Part shown: positions 22,307-32,815 of the stretch, piece by piece
Layout: each line of letters starts with the position of its first letter
Numbering within the stretch: position 1 is the first letter of the stretch
Assembly (NCBI GenBank): GCA_963708025.1
Contig: CAVPSB010000019.1
Coordinates: 256,001 to 320,000 of the forward strand
Reading direction: 5' to 3'
Source: an uncultured Candidatus Rokubacteria bacterium
Lineage (GTDB): Bacteria > Methylomirabilota > Methylomirabilia > Rokubacteriales > DASRDR01
DNA length: 64,000 bases
The notes under the pieces: generated by a model
Database searches by the model: none
What the model saw: only the letters and a program-made list of their open reading frames with translations
Told to the model about the DNA's origin: nothing
Made by a program: the position numbers and the translations under genes

Positions 22307-23032
22307 TTGACGGGCGCTGAGACCGGATCCCCGAGCGCCGCCGACGGGTCCGTCGTGCTCGTCATCGAGGACGAGCCCGCCATCCTGCGCTTCCTGCGGG
22401 CGTCCCTGGTCGCGCAGGGGTTCCGGCTCGTCGAGGCGACCTCCGGGGACGAGGGGCTGAGGCAGGCGGCCACCCGGCAGCCCGACATCGTCGTGCTCGA
22501 CCTCGGGCTGCCCGACGTGGACGGGCTGGAGGTTATCCGCCGCCTGCGGGAGTGGACGGCGGTCCCCATCATCGTCCTGTCGGCGCGCGGCCAGGAGAGC
22601 GACAAGATCGCCGCGCTCGACGCTGGCGCCGACGACTACGTGAGCAAGCCCTTCGGGGTGGGGGAGCTGCTGGCGCGGATGCGGGTGGCACTCCGGCACG
22701 CCGCGCGGGGGCCGCACGACGCCGCCAACCCGGTCTTCGCCCTCGGCGAGCTGCAGGTGGACCTGGCCCGCCGGCGGGTCTCCGTGCGCGGCGCCGAGAT
22801 CCACCTCACGCCGATCGAGTACCGCCTGCTCACGACCCTCGTCCGCCACGCCGGCCGGGTCGTGACCCATCGCCAGCTCCTGCGTGAGGTCTGGGGGCAG
22901 CCCTACTCCGAGCAGACGCACTACCTGCGCGTCTTCATGGGCGCCCTCCGCCGCAAGCTGGAGGCCGACCCCGCCCGCCCCCGCTACCTCCGGACGGAGC
23001 CGGGCGTAGGCTACCGCCTCGCCGACGAGTGA
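22307..23032 (+). CDS. kdpE: Response regulator KdpE (start uncertain, TTG 22307)
   Basis: VIEDEPAI, LDLGLPD, ALDAGADDY, HLTPIEY, YLRVFMG.LRRKLE.DPARP. Confidence 0.95.
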   Translation: MTGAETGSPSAADGSVVLVIEDEPAILRFLRASLVAQGFRLVEATSGDEGLRQAATRQPDIVVLDLGLPDVDGLEVIRRLREWTAVPIIVLSARGQESDKIAALDAGADDYVSKPFGVGELLARMRVALRHAARGPHDAANPVFALGELQVDLARRRVSVRGAEIHLTPIEYRLLTTLVRHAGRVVTHRQLLREVWGQPYSEQTHYLRVFMGALRRKLEADPARPRYLRTEPGVGYRLADE

Positions 23033-23189
23033 GGACGGGGCCGATGAGCGTCGCATCGCGTCGTCGTTCGGACGGCCTTCGGCCTTTGGGGTCGTCGCCG
23101 ATCCTCGGCGTACTCGGAGTACGCCTGCGGTCGGCGACTCCCTGCGTCCGTGGAGGTCGGGGGGCGCTGCTCGCTCCTCGGCCCCGCCC
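23033..23189. repeat. Family 1 palindromic element, copy B (inverted relative to copy A)
   Basis: Reverse complement aligns to 2851-2995; lies between convergent kdpE and ynfA. Confidence 0.85.
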
Positions 23190-23197
23190 GGACTTGG

Positions 23198-23542
23198 CTA
23201 GCGCGGGGCGTACATGATGACGAGGACGCCGATGAGGCAGATCGCCCCGCCGAGGAGGTCGTAGCGGTCGGGACCGATCCCGTCGGCCGCCCAGCCCCAG
23301 AGGAGGGCGAGCACGACGAACCACCCGCCGTAGGCCGCGTAGACGCGCCCGAAGTGGGCCGGCTGGTAGGTCGGCACGATGCCGTAGGCGAAGAGGACCA
23401 GCGCGCCCAGGAGGCCCTGCGACCAGTGGGCGCCGGCGCGCCACCAGCGCCACACGAGGTACCCGCCGCCGATCTCGCACACCCCCGCCAGCAGGAACAG
23501 CGCCGACGACGTCAGGATCCCCCCCGGGGTCAGGCCTTTCAT
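23198..23542 (-). CDS. ynfA: YnfA/UPF0060 small membrane protein
   Basis: [35 protein letters not shown]; appears fused to the upstream kinase in the ORF track. Confidence 0.85.
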   Translation of the reverse strand: MKGLTPGGILTSSALFLLAGVCEIGGGYLVWRWWRAGAHWSQGLLGALVLFAYGIVPTYQPAHFGRVYAAYGGWFVVLALLWGWAADGIGPDRYDLLGGAICLIGVLVIMYAPR

Positions 23543-23618
23543 TCTATACATTCCTGTCGAGTCGCCACCGGCCCCCGGGCCGACGGGTGAGATTGATAAG
23601 AATGAAAGGCCTGACCCC
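23526..23618. repeat. 93-bp REPIN/MITE-like element with perfect 20-bp inverted repeats
   Basis: ggggtcaggcctttcattct (23526-23545) / agaatgaaaggcctgacccc (23599-23618). Confidence 0.85.
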
Positions 23619-23621
23619 TTC

Positions 23622-25588
23622 CTACGGCCGCGCGCGGCGGCGCGGGCGGCTACCAGGTCACGGACTTCCTGGAGCAGCGCCTCGCGGGTGTGGACCTTTC
23701 TGGAGGACCTGGTCGACGTGACCCCGGAGCCGCGCCGGTCCTCGGCGGTGAGGTCGCGGGCGGTGAGGACGACGACGGGGATGGCCCGGCCGTCGGGGGT
23801 GGCGCGCAGCTCGCGAAGGAACTCGAAGCCGTCCATGACCGGCATCATGAGGTCGAGGAGGACGAGGGCGGGGCGGCGGCGAGCGATCTCGGCGAGGGCG
23901 GCGCGACCGTGCTCGGCCTCGACGACGGCGAGGCCGTCCTTCTCCAGCGAGCGGCGGAGCATCTCCCGCATGGTGGGGTCGTCGTCGACGACGAGGACGG
24001 GGTCGGCGGAGGCGCCGGGGCGGAAGCGCTTGACGACGTCGAGCAGGCGGGCGCGATCGACGGGCTTGGTGAGGTACTCGACGGCGCCGAGGGCGAAGCC
24101 CATCTCCTTGTCGTCGAGGATGGTGACCATGACGACGGGGATGGCGGCGAGCTCGGGGTCGGCCTTGAGGGCGGTGAGGACGGCCCAGCCGTCCATGCCG
24201 GGCATCATGACGTCGAGGGTGATGGCGGCGGGGCGGAGGGCGCGGGCGAGGGCGAGGCCGTCGGGGCCGGAGGGGGCGGTGCGGACGGCGAAGCCCTCCT
24301 TGGTCAGGAAGCGCTGCATGAGGTCGAGGACGGCGGGGTCGTCGTCGATGACCAGGACGGTGGGGCCGGTGGGCGCCGGCACTGCCGTCGCGCCCGGCGC
24401 CGGCGCGGCGGCGGCGGGCGCGGCCTCGGCGGCGGCGACCTCGACCTCGGCGGGCAGGGTGATGGTGAAGGTGGAGCCCTGGCCGTGGGCGCTCTCGACG
24501 GTGACGTCGCCGCCCATCATCCGGCAGAAGTGGCGGCTGATGGCCAGACCAAGGCCGGTGCCGCCGTACTGGCGGGCGGTGGAGGTCTCGGCCTGGCTGA
24601 AGGCCTGGAAGAGCTTGCCGAGCTGCGCGGGGGTCATGCCGATGCCGGTGTCGCTGACGCGGAAGGTGAGCCAGTCGCGGCCGCCCTCGGCGTGGCGGCG
24701 GGCCTCGAGGCGGATCAGGCCGTGGTCGGTGAACTTGGCGGCGTTCGAGAGCAGGTTGAAGAGGGTCTGGCGGACCTTGGTGAGGTCGGCCCGCATCGTC
24801 CCTCCGCCGGCCGCGCCGATCAGCTCCAGGCGGTTGCCGCGCCGCTCGATCAGGGGCTGGACGGTGGCAGCCACGTCGTCGAGCACGCCGGCGACCTCGA
24901 AGGTCTCCAGGTGGAGGGTCATCTTGCCGGCCTCGACCTTGGAGAGATCGAGGACGTCGTTGATGAGGGCCAGGAGGTGCTTGGCGGCGCCGCGGATCTT
25001 GTTCAGGTCGGCGACGAAGTGGCTCACGTCGGGGGCGGGCGCGGGGGCGCCCGGCGCCGGCGCCGGGTCGGGATTCTCGAGCTCTTCCAGGAGGATCTCG
25101 CTGTAGCCGATGATGGCGTTCATCGGCGTGCGCAGCTCGTGGGACATGTTGGCCAGGAAGGCGCTCTTGGCCTGGTTGGCGGCGTCGGCGTGACCGCGGG
25201 CCTCCTCGGCTTCGGCGGCGGTGTGCTCGAGCCGCTCGTTGGAGTCGCGGAGCGCGTCCTCGGCGTGCCGGCGGGCGTTGGTGACCGAGCTGACGATGAG
25301 CGCCAGCGTCACGAAGATGAGCAGCTCCGCGACGTCGGTCAGGCCGAGGTCGAGCGTGTAGTACGGCTGGAAGAAGTAGTAGTCGGCCAGCAGCACGGCG
25401 AGGACGGTCGTCACCAGGCTCGGACCCAGGCCGCCGTACCAGGCGGTGATCACGATCGCCCCGAAAAAGAAGATGAGCGGGTCCGTGCGGAGGGCCGACC
25501 ACAGGAGCCACGTCAGCCCGAACGCGGCCCCGACGGACGCCAGCGCGACCGCGTACGCGAGGAGCGTGGAGCGGCGGGGCGCCGCCAT
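23622..25588 (-). CDS. Hybrid sensor histidine kinase: DUF4118-like 4-TM sensor-HisKA-HATPase-REC-REC; indels near the 3' end, stop uncertain
   Basis: [15 protein letters not shown] sensor; [12 protein letters not shown]; cytoplasmic half nearly identical to that of 10919-13792. Confidence 0.88.
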
Positions 25589-25611
25589 GCCCGGGCCCGG
25601 GGCCGCCGCCG

Positions 25612-25893
25612 TCAGCCCACGACGGGCTGCAGCTTGCGCTGCCGGCCGATGAGGTACAGGTTGCGCGCGTACACGATCAGGCCGGCGGCCTGGCCCAGCA
25701 CGAACACCGGGTCCCGCCGGTGGATCGCGTAGGCCAGCAGGATCAGGCCGCCGACGACGCTGAAGTACCAGAAGAAGACGGGCACCACGCTCTGCCGGCG
25801 TCGCTCGGAGGCGATCCACTGGACGAGGAAGCGGGCCGAGAAGCACGCTTGCCCGAGGAAGCCGACGACGAGCCAGGCCTTCGAGGGATCCAT
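25612..25893 (-). CDS. Lipid A biosynthesis N-terminal (LAB_N) domain membrane protein
   Basis: [20 protein letters not shown]...FWYFS...DPVFVLGQ...IVYARNL. Confidence 0.88.
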   Translation of the reverse strand: MDPSKAWLVVGFLGQACFSARFLVQWIASERRRQSVVPVFFWYFSVVGGLILLAYAIHRRDPVFVLGQAAGLIVYARNLYLIGRQRKLQPVVG

Positions 25894-26012
25894 GCCACTA
25901 CCTCTCGCCACGCTGTCGATCGCGCGGTCGGGCACCGCCGCTTCCGGCGCCCCCCGGGACGGTGCTAAGATTCACGCGAGCTCCCATCACTTGATCGGAG
26001 GCGACGCGATCC

Positions 26013-26246
26013 ATGGTCAAGGGCTTCATCCTTCTGCGTCTCGTGCCCGGGCTCGAGGCCGACGCGCTGAACCACATCCGGGCCGTTCCCGGCGTGTCCG
26101 ACCTCACGCTGGTCTTCGGTGGCTGGGACGCGATCGTCCAGGCCGAGGCCAAGACGCTCTCGTCCCTCACCCGGCTGGTGGTCGGGCAGATCCGCGGCAT
26201 CCAGGGGGTCCAGGCCACCGAGACCCTGGTCGCCGCCGAGCTGTAG
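26013..26246 (+). CDS. Stand-alone Lrp/AsnC ligand-binding domain protein
   Basis: 77 aa; VFGGWDAIV and IRGIQGVQATETL pattern; GGAGG SD. Confidence 0.8.
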   Translation: MVKGFILLRLVPGLEADALNHIRAVPGVSDLTLVFGGWDAIVQAEAKTLSSLTRLVVGQIRGIQGVQATETLVAAEL

Positions 26247-26324
26247 CCGGCTCCGTCCCGCTCCGACTCGAAGGATAGCACGGCGACGCGGACGGGCCGC
26301 TAGCCGGAGGGTTGACCGACCGCG

Positions 26325-27143
26325 ATGGCGATCGCGCGCGTGAACGGCGTGTCACTCTCCTACGAGGAGGCCGGCTCCGGCCCGCCCCTTCTCTTCATCC
26401 ACGCCTTTCCCGTCGGCCGGGGGATGTGGGAGCCCCAGCTCCGGTTCTTCGTCGAGCGCTTCCGTGTGATCACCTACGACTGCCGCGGCTTCGGCCGGTC
26501 GGAGGCCCCGACCAGCCCGACCGCCTACTCCCAGGCGCACTCGGTGGCCGACGCCCGAGGGCTGCTGGAGCACCTGCGGGCGGCGCCGGCGGCGGTGTGC
26601 GGGCTCTCCATGGGCGGGAACATCGCCCTGAACCTGGCCCTCAACCATCCGGAGGCCGTGCGGGCCCTGGTCCTGTGCGACACCGGGGCCGGGTCGGAGG
26701 ATCCGGGGAGCTTCCGTGCGCGCTGCGTCGAGTACGCGGAGGCGACCGAGCGCGGCATGGACGGATTCTTCGAGCAGCTCATGCTGTGGCCGGTCTTCGC
26801 CGACTTCGTGAAGGGCCCGCGCGAGAGCGCCCTCCTCCGGGAGATGGTGCTGGCTCAGCCGCCGCACGGCATCGGGCTGACCGCGCTCTACACGCTGGCC
26901 ACCCGGTTGCCGGTCTACGCGCTCAGGGAGCGTCTGGAGTCCCTCCGGGTTCCCACGCTCGTCGTCTACGGCGAGCGGGACGCGCCGTGCGTGGCGACGT
27001 CGAAGTTCCTGGCCGCCACGATCCCGGGCGCGCGGCTGTGGCGGGTGCCGGGGGCGAGCCACTTCGTGAACCTCGACACGGCCGATGGATTCAACGAGAC
27101 CGTCGCGGCGTTCCTCCGCGAGCACGGCGCCGACCGGAGGTAG
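26325..27143 (+). CDS. Alpha/beta fold hydrolase
   Basis: YDCRGFGRS, GLSMGG nucleophile elbow, GERD, GASHFVN. Confidence 0.9.
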   Translation: MAIARVNGVSLSYEEAGSGPPLLFIHAFPVGRGMWEPQLRFFVERFRVITYDCRGFGRSEAPTSPTAYSQAHSVADARGLLEHLRAAPAAVCGLSMGGNIALNLALNHPEAVRALVLCDTGAGSEDPGSFRARCVEYAEATERGMDGFFEQLMLWPVFADFVKGPRESALLREMVLAQPPHGIGLTALYTLATRLPVYALRERLESLRVPTLVVYGERDAPCVATSKFLAATIPGARLWRVPGASHFVNLDTADGFNETVAAFLREHGADRR

Positions 27144-27146
27144 ATC

Positions 27147-27305
27147 GTGACCATCATGCTCCGCGCGCTCGCCGCAACGCTGGCCTTCCTCCTCCCCGCG
27201 GTGGCCGCCGCCACCCCGTACGCCCTCGGCTACGCGAAGATCAAGAACTACGACGGCTCGTGGAACGAGTGGGGGAACGACCCCACGCTGCCCGCCGCCC
27301 GGTGA
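27147..27305 (+). pseudogene. Internally deleted secreted rhodanese/sulfurtransferase (52 aa)
   Basis: Signal-peptide-like MLRALAATLAFLLPAVAAA joined directly to LGYAKIKNYDGSWNEWGNDPTLP, the rhodanese C-terminal signature. Confidence 0.75.
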
Positions 27306-27418
27306 GCGTCCCGGGCCGATACCCGTCGCCGCGGGTCGTCCTCCATCCCGACCGGGACGCGCTCGGCCTGCGTCGATCGGACGGCCTTCGGCCTGAGGGC
27401 GTCCGTCCCGGTCTCGGG

Positions 27419-27589
27419 GGGCCTCGCCGGTCCTTCCAGAAGGGAGCGACGTCCCGAGGGCCGCAGGCCCGAGGCGTCGCGACCAGATGGACGTATGCGG
27501 CATACGCCTGCGGCCGGCTCGGCCCTGCGTCTTTTGGGACGGCCTTCGGCCTTGCGGACGGCCTTTGGCCGCGGCTCGGGTCTGGGCCC
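27419..27589. repeat. Family 1 element, diverged copy C (ends uncertain)
   Basis: Core cgtatgcggcatacgcctgcggccggctcggccctgcgtc aligns with copy B cgtactcggagtacgcctgcggtcggcgactccctgcgtc. Confidence 0.6.
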
Positions 27590-27636
27590 GGTACCATGCG
27601 AGGACACTCGGCCGCGTCTGACGGCAGGGTAGACCG

Positions 27637-27927
27637 GTGAGCGACCTTCCTCCCGATCCCCACGCCGCCGGCAGCGAGGCGGCCGCCGTGGAGCTGGACA
27701 TCCGGAACGAGGTGTGCCCCTACACCTTCCTCGCGGCCAAGCTCGCGCTGGAGCCATTGGCCCCTGACCGGATCCTGCGCGTAGTCGTCGGGAACGAGAC
27801 GTCCGCACGCGACGTGCCGCGCAGCCTCGCCGACGCCGGCCATGCCATCCTCGCGGTCGAGCCGGCGGGCCCGGGACTCTGGCGCATCACGGTCCGCAAG
27901 GGGAGCGATCGCCGCCGCCCCGTTTGA
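27637..27927 (+). CDS. TusA-family sulfur carrier
   Basis: LDIRNEVCPYT (CPxP-like) motif and WRITVRK C-terminus. Confidence 0.8.
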   Translation: MSDLPPDPHAAGSEAAAVELDIRNEVCPYTFLAAKLALEPLAPDRILRVVVGNETSARDVPRSLADAGHAILAVEPAGPGLWRITVRKGSDRRRPV

Positions 27928-28247
27928 CCGGATCGCCTCGCGCCCTGGCCGCGTGTGCCATGTTGGCCAGGAATGGACTAGGGTCTGGCCAGCTTGACAA
28001 CGATCGCTCCGCCCCGCGAGGAGTAGGATCGGCTCAACCTCCGATCACCATTGCGGTTCTCAAGCGGGACGGATTGTGGCACATCCGATGCTACAGTGAC
28101 AACCCGATCCATGGCGATTTCACCGTCCCGACAGGCTGGGGTATTCAGTCGGAGCCGTCCCGTCGACGTCTCCAGACCAGACCCCCGGGTCCTTTTTGTT
28201 GCGGGATTCGAACGGGCACGACGTAAGGTTTCCCGGTGGAGGGACCA

Positions 28248-29309
28248 ATGATCGCTCTCGCGTGCGGGCGCCGGATGCTCGCTGGCCTGCTCGTTCTTCT
28301 CATCGCGGCGCCCATTCCCGGCTGGAGTGCGCCGACCGGGTCTCTGGGAACGGCGCGCGGCGTCCGGGGCGTCGAGCTGTCCCTCGACGGCGGAAAGACC
28401 TGGCTGCCGCTCGGCTCCCGGTCGCTCCCGGTCCTGGAAGGGACGCAGATCCGGACGAAGACGGGGGGTGCCCTGGTTGACCTGGCGGACGGCAGCCGGT
28501 TGAACCTGCTCCCGTTCAGCAGCGCCAGCTTCCGGGAAACCGGTCCTGCTACCGAGATTTCGCTCGTCTACGGCCGTCTCAGCTTCCGCCTTCCGCCCGC
28601 GACGCGGGCCGACATCCGGAGCACCGCGGCTCGGCTGGTGCCGGTGCGAGCACAGGCGATGGCCGGCGAGGTTTTCGTTGGGGGCGACGGCACCGTTGGG
28701 CTGAGGATGACCCAGGGTAGCCTGCAGGTCGAGGAGCTGTCCGGGTCGAGGCGCACCTTGCTGGCGAGCCTCGAACCGGTTTTCCTCCCGAAGCGCCCGG
28801 TCAACTCGGGCCCCGTCTTTGCGTCCGAGGCGGCGGCCGCCATACCCCCGGCTGGTGCCAAGGGAGTCTTCAACCCGGGCGGCGAGAGTCTCGGGTATCT
28901 CCAGGGCAACCAGCTCGTAATGCACCCAGGCTTCACGGCCGACCTCACCCGGCCTTTCCCGACCAGGCTGGTCCTGGTCGCCATGGCGAAGGTCCCCGAG
29001 ACGAGCCGGGATGACGCGACCCCGCTCTTCGACGTCAACGGTGGCTACCTCGGGTACCTCGTGGGGCCGGTGTTCCACGCGCCGGCGCAGATCGCGCAGG
29101 CTCAGCTCGTTCAGGGCGGGGGCGGTGCGGGACCGGGGGGCGGGGATGGAGAGAGCCAGACCTTCCTGATCGGCGCCGGCTCAGGTCTTTTGCTTCTCGG
29201 GGGTGGCGGTATCGCCTACGGGGTGACCCAGGGTGGGAGCGGGCCGCGCCGATCCTGCATTGGTGGGTCGGGTCAGCCGGCTGCCACCCCTTTCGGGCCC
29301 TGCCGGTAG
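28248..29309 (+). CDS. Exported FecR-like beta-domain protein with C-terminal TM anchor
   Basis: Signal peptide; GTQIRT...LADGSRLNL pattern; Gly linker then a hydrophobic segment near the C-terminus. Confidence 0.6.
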   Translation: MIALACGRRMLAGLLVLLIAAPIPGWSAPTGSLGTARGVRGVELSLDGGKTWLPLGSRSLPVLEGTQIRTKTGGALVDLADGSRLNLLPFSSASFRETGPATEISLVYGRLSFRLPPATRADIRSTAARLVPVRAQAMAGEVFVGGDGTVGLRMTQGSLQVEELSGSRRTLLASLEPVFLPKRPVNSGPVFASEAAAAIPPAGAKGVFNPGGESLGYLQGNQLVMHPGFTADLTRPFPTRLVLVAMAKVPETSRDDATPLFDVNGGYLGYLVGPVFHAPAQIAQAQLVQGGGGAGPGGGDGESQTFLIGAGSGLLLLGGGGIAYGVTQGGSGPRRSCIGGSGQPAATPFGPCR

Positions 29310-29334
29310 CGCCCCTCGAACATCTCGACGCTTC

Positions 29335-30462
29335 ATGAGGAGGGAAGCTCGAGGGCGTCGTGCTGCCGCGATCGCTGGCCTCGGGCTGGCCATTGCGGCG
29401 TGTGGGGCGGCCCGCGTGCGGTCCCCAGAGCCCCCGGTGCCGATCATGCTCGCCCAGGGGCCTGGACAGCCAGTCACCGGCGGTACCGCCCCGCCCCTGC
29501 CACCGGGCGTTCCCCTCGACGGCGGTGCCGCGGTCCTGAACAGCCGGCTCCTCAACCACGTCAGCCCTCCGACCGGGGACACGGATCTACCCATCGGTGC
29601 CGGGGACATGATCGAGGTGTCCGTGTTCGAGGTCGAGGAACTGTCGAAGCTCAAGCTTCGCGTCCCGCTGCGCGGCACGATCACGTTGCCATTGCTCGGA
29701 GCGATCTCGGCGGCTGGACGGACTCCCATCGAGTTGGAAGACGAGATCCGGCAGCGGCTTCAGCAGAAGTACATGCACAACCCCCAGGTCTCGGTTTTCG
29801 TCCACGAGCACCAGAGCCAGCGCATCTCCGTCATCGGGGCCGTCCGCAAGGGCGGCGTCTACGCGCTGACGAGCCGGCTTCGGCTGGCCGACGCCCTCGC
29901 CTTGGCTGAAGGCCTCACAGACGATGCCGATCAGGTGGTCTACCTGATTCGTCGGCTGCCGGCCGGCACCGTGGCCCGGGCTCAGGCCGGGGCGGGCACG
30001 GCCCGCGCGTCGGTCCCGTCGCTGCCGGGGGCGGGCACCGAGGACGTCATGGCGGCGATCGACCTCGAGGCGCTGGCGGCCGGCCGGGAGGAGCTGAACG
30101 TAGGGCTCGAGGCCGGCGACGTGATCCACGTGCCCCGGGCCGGCTCCTATTACGTCGGTGGCTCCGTCGAGCGCCCGGGCTCCTTCTTCCTCAAGGCGAA
30201 GACGACGGTGCAGCAGGCCATCCTGGCGGCCGGCGGCGTCAAGGACGTAGCCGACTGGGAGGACATCCGGCTCTACCGAGCCAAGACGGGCGGAGAGCGC
30301 GAGGTCCTGACCTTCAGCCTGAAAAACTTCGAGAAGGGGCAGGGCGCGCCGGAGCTTCAGAAGTCCGATGTGGTCATCGTCGGCAAGTCCGGGAGCAAGG
30401 CGTTCTGGTATGGCTTCGTCAACTTCTTCAAGGGCGTGTTTGGCCTGTCGAAGGGATTGTGA
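29335..30462 (+). CDS. wza: Polysaccharide export lipoprotein (Wza/OPX, Poly_export + SLBB)
   Basis: Lipobox IAAC, IGAGDMIEVSVF, ITLPLLG, NPQVSV, VIGAVRKGG. Confidence 0.88.
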   Translation: MRREARGRRAAAIAGLGLAIAACGAARVRSPEPPVPIMLAQGPGQPVTGGTAPPLPPGVPLDGGAAVLNSRLLNHVSPPTGDTDLPIGAGDMIEVSVFEVEELSKLKLRVPLRGTITLPLLGAISAAGRTPIELEDEIRQRLQQKYMHNPQVSVFVHEHQSQRISVIGAVRKGGVYALTSRLRLADALALAEGLTDDADQVVYLIRRLPAGTVARAQAGAGTARASVPSLPGAGTEDVMAAIDLEALAAGREELNVGLEAGDVIHVPRAGSYYVGGSVERPGSFFLKAKTTVQQAILAAGGVKDVADWEDIRLYRAKTGGEREVLTFSLKNFEKGQGAPELQKSDVVIVGKSGSKAFWYGFVNFFKGVFGLSKGL

Positions 30463-32815
30463 TCGAGCCCGTCGACCCCCGCGGCGATTCCCGGGCGCTG
30501 CCCCCCGGTGCCTCCAATGGCGCTCTCGCGCAGTCGGTGGCCGGTCCGCTCGCCACCACCGACCTGCTGAACCGCGTCTACGCCGAGGTCCTGCAGCCTG
30601 AGGAGGCACATTTCTGGGACTACTGGCGGATTCTCGTCCGCCACCGCTGGACGGTCGTCAGCTTCTTTCTGGTGACGGTAATGGTGGCGATGGTGTGGAC
30701 CTTCACAACGCGGCCAGTCTTCATGGCGACCACGACCCTCCGCATCGAGAAGGAGGAGCCCCGGGTCCTCAAGTTCGAGGAGGTCGTCAAGGAGGCCAAC
30801 CCGCAGCAAGACTATTACCAGACGCAGTTCAAGATCCTCCAGAGTCGGACGCTGGCAAACCGGGTCGTCGGCTTGCTCTCGCTAAATCAGCACCCGGAGT
30901 TCGAGGACGACGATGGCGGCTGGTTCCAGGGCGCGCAGGCGTGGGCTCGCGAGCGACTGGTGCAGTGGATTCCCGTCCCGCCCCCGCCAGCGCCGCAGGG
31001 GGCCGAGGACCTGGTGCTGGAGTCGCCGCTGACCCGGGCCTTCGACAAGCGGCTCTCCGTGGATCCGGTCCGCAATGCCCGACTCGTCAAGGTGTCGTTC
31101 GAGAGCCACTACCCGGATCTGTCCGCTCGAGTCGCAAACACACTAGCCGAGGCCTTCATGGCCCAGAGCCTCGGACAGCGGGTCGAGGCGAGTCGTTACG
31201 CGACCCAGTTCCTCGCACAACAGATGGAGGAGGGGCGGCAGAAACTCGAGGCTTCCGAGGGGCGGCTGAACGAGTTCTTGAAGACGAACGACATCATGTT
31301 CGTCACCTCCGAGCGCTGGGGGAGCGGCAGGATCTCAGCACTCAGCAGCTGACGGTGTTCTCCGATGCGCTCCTCCGCGCCAGGGCCGATCGGATCAGCA
31401 GGGAGAGCCTGGTCCGCCAGGCGCTCGGCCAGAGCGTGGACTCGCTCCCTGTCGTGCTGCAGAATCCGCTGGTTGCGAAGCTCAAGGAAGAACTGGTCAC
31501 GTTGGAGGGCGAGTACCGGAAGCTCGGCCATACCTTCAAGACCGAGTACCCGCGGATGCAGCGGCTCGAGCAGAACATCGGTGAAGTGCGGCGCCAGCTC
31601 CGGGTCGAGATCAACCGAGTGGTGGAGTCACTGGACGCCGACTACCGCGCGTCGCTTCGCAACGAGCGAGAGCTGGAAAAGGCGATGGACGAGCACCGGA
31701 TACTGGTGCGGAAGCTCGGCGATCAGATGGTGCAGTACAGCCTCCTCCGCCGGGACGTGGACACGAGCCGCGAGTTGTACACCGCGCTCCTGACCCGCCT
31801 GAAGGAGACGCAGATCTCTTCGAGCCTGCTCACGTCGAACATCTCGATCGTCGATCGGGCCGAGGTGCCGAGCGAGCCGTCGAAGCCTCGCAAGGGGCTC
31901 AACCTGCTTCTGGCCACGATCGTCGGAATGTTCGGCGGCGTCGGCCTCGCCTTCTTCTTCGAGTATCTGGACACCAACATCAAGGACGCCAAGGAGGCCG
32001 AGAGCCTCCTCCGAGTCCCGACTATCGGGCTGGTGCCGTCCCAGATGTCCCTCGAAGGGCGGCGGGCCCGCCGTCGGCGCCTCGCGGTGGCCAATGGCGA
32101 CCCGGGCCCGTTCGCGCTCGTTGCCCACGCCGAGATGGAGTCCGTACTCGCCGAGGCCTTCCGGAACCTGCGGACCAGCCTGCTCTATTCGACGCCCGAC
32201 CATCCGCCCCGGACCATGATGGTCACCTCGCTCCAACCGGAGGACGGGAAGACGTCGCTGGCGACGAACCTTGCCATCACTCTCGGACAGCTCGGAGCCG
32301 GGGAGATCCTGCTGATCGATGGGGACATGCGGCGGCCCAACCTCCACGAGATACTCAACGTCTCGCAGGTGCCAGGGCTCTCCACCTTCCTCACCGGGCA
32401 GGCCGAGCTGCCCGCTGTTCTCAAGTCGACCCGGATCGCCAACCTCTACACCATTCCCTCGGGCCGGACGCCACTGAACCCGGCAGAGCTCCTGGCCTCG
32501 GCGCGGCTGCGTCAGGCCCTCGATGTGCTCGGTGAGCGCTTTGCCCACATCATCGTCGACTGCCCGCCGCTGATCGGGGTGAGCGACACCCTGGTGTTGG
32601 CCCCGAAGGTGGAGGGGGTCATCCTCGTGCTTCGACACGGCCGCGCCAGCCGGGACGCGGCCCAACGGGGCATCCAGCTCCTGCGCTCGGTCCACGCGCG
32701 CGTGCTCGGTGTCATCCTCAACGACGTGGACCTGAGTAGCGCCGGGGCTGGGCACTACGGCTACTACGGCTATCATGGCTACGGATACGGCCGAGCTCGA
32801 GGCCGCGAATCCTAG
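30459..32815 (+). CDS. wzc: Polysaccharide co-polymerase/tyrosine autokinase (Wzc/GumC); frameshift in the G run near 31320
   Basis: Wzz-like N-terminus in ORF 30459..31352; EAFRNLRT, TSLQPEDGKT, DGDMRRP and Tyr cluster YGYYGYHGYGY in ORF 30695..32815. Confidence 0.92.

Noticed and set aside
23198..25846. 882-aa histidine kinase-YnfA fusion
   Set aside because: The kinase 3' end has compensating indels and an out-of-frame TAG at 23622-23624, and a repeat element fills the junction; two genes is more parsimonious until reads are checked.
28180..28200. Leader terminator or attenuator before the glycan operon
   Set aside because: Only a 4-bp stem before the T tract; no ops (GGCGGTAG) element in this leader.
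31315..31325. Programmed frameshift or phase variation in wzc
   Set aside because: The G run is short and similar indels affect many genes including glyA; sequencing error is more likely.
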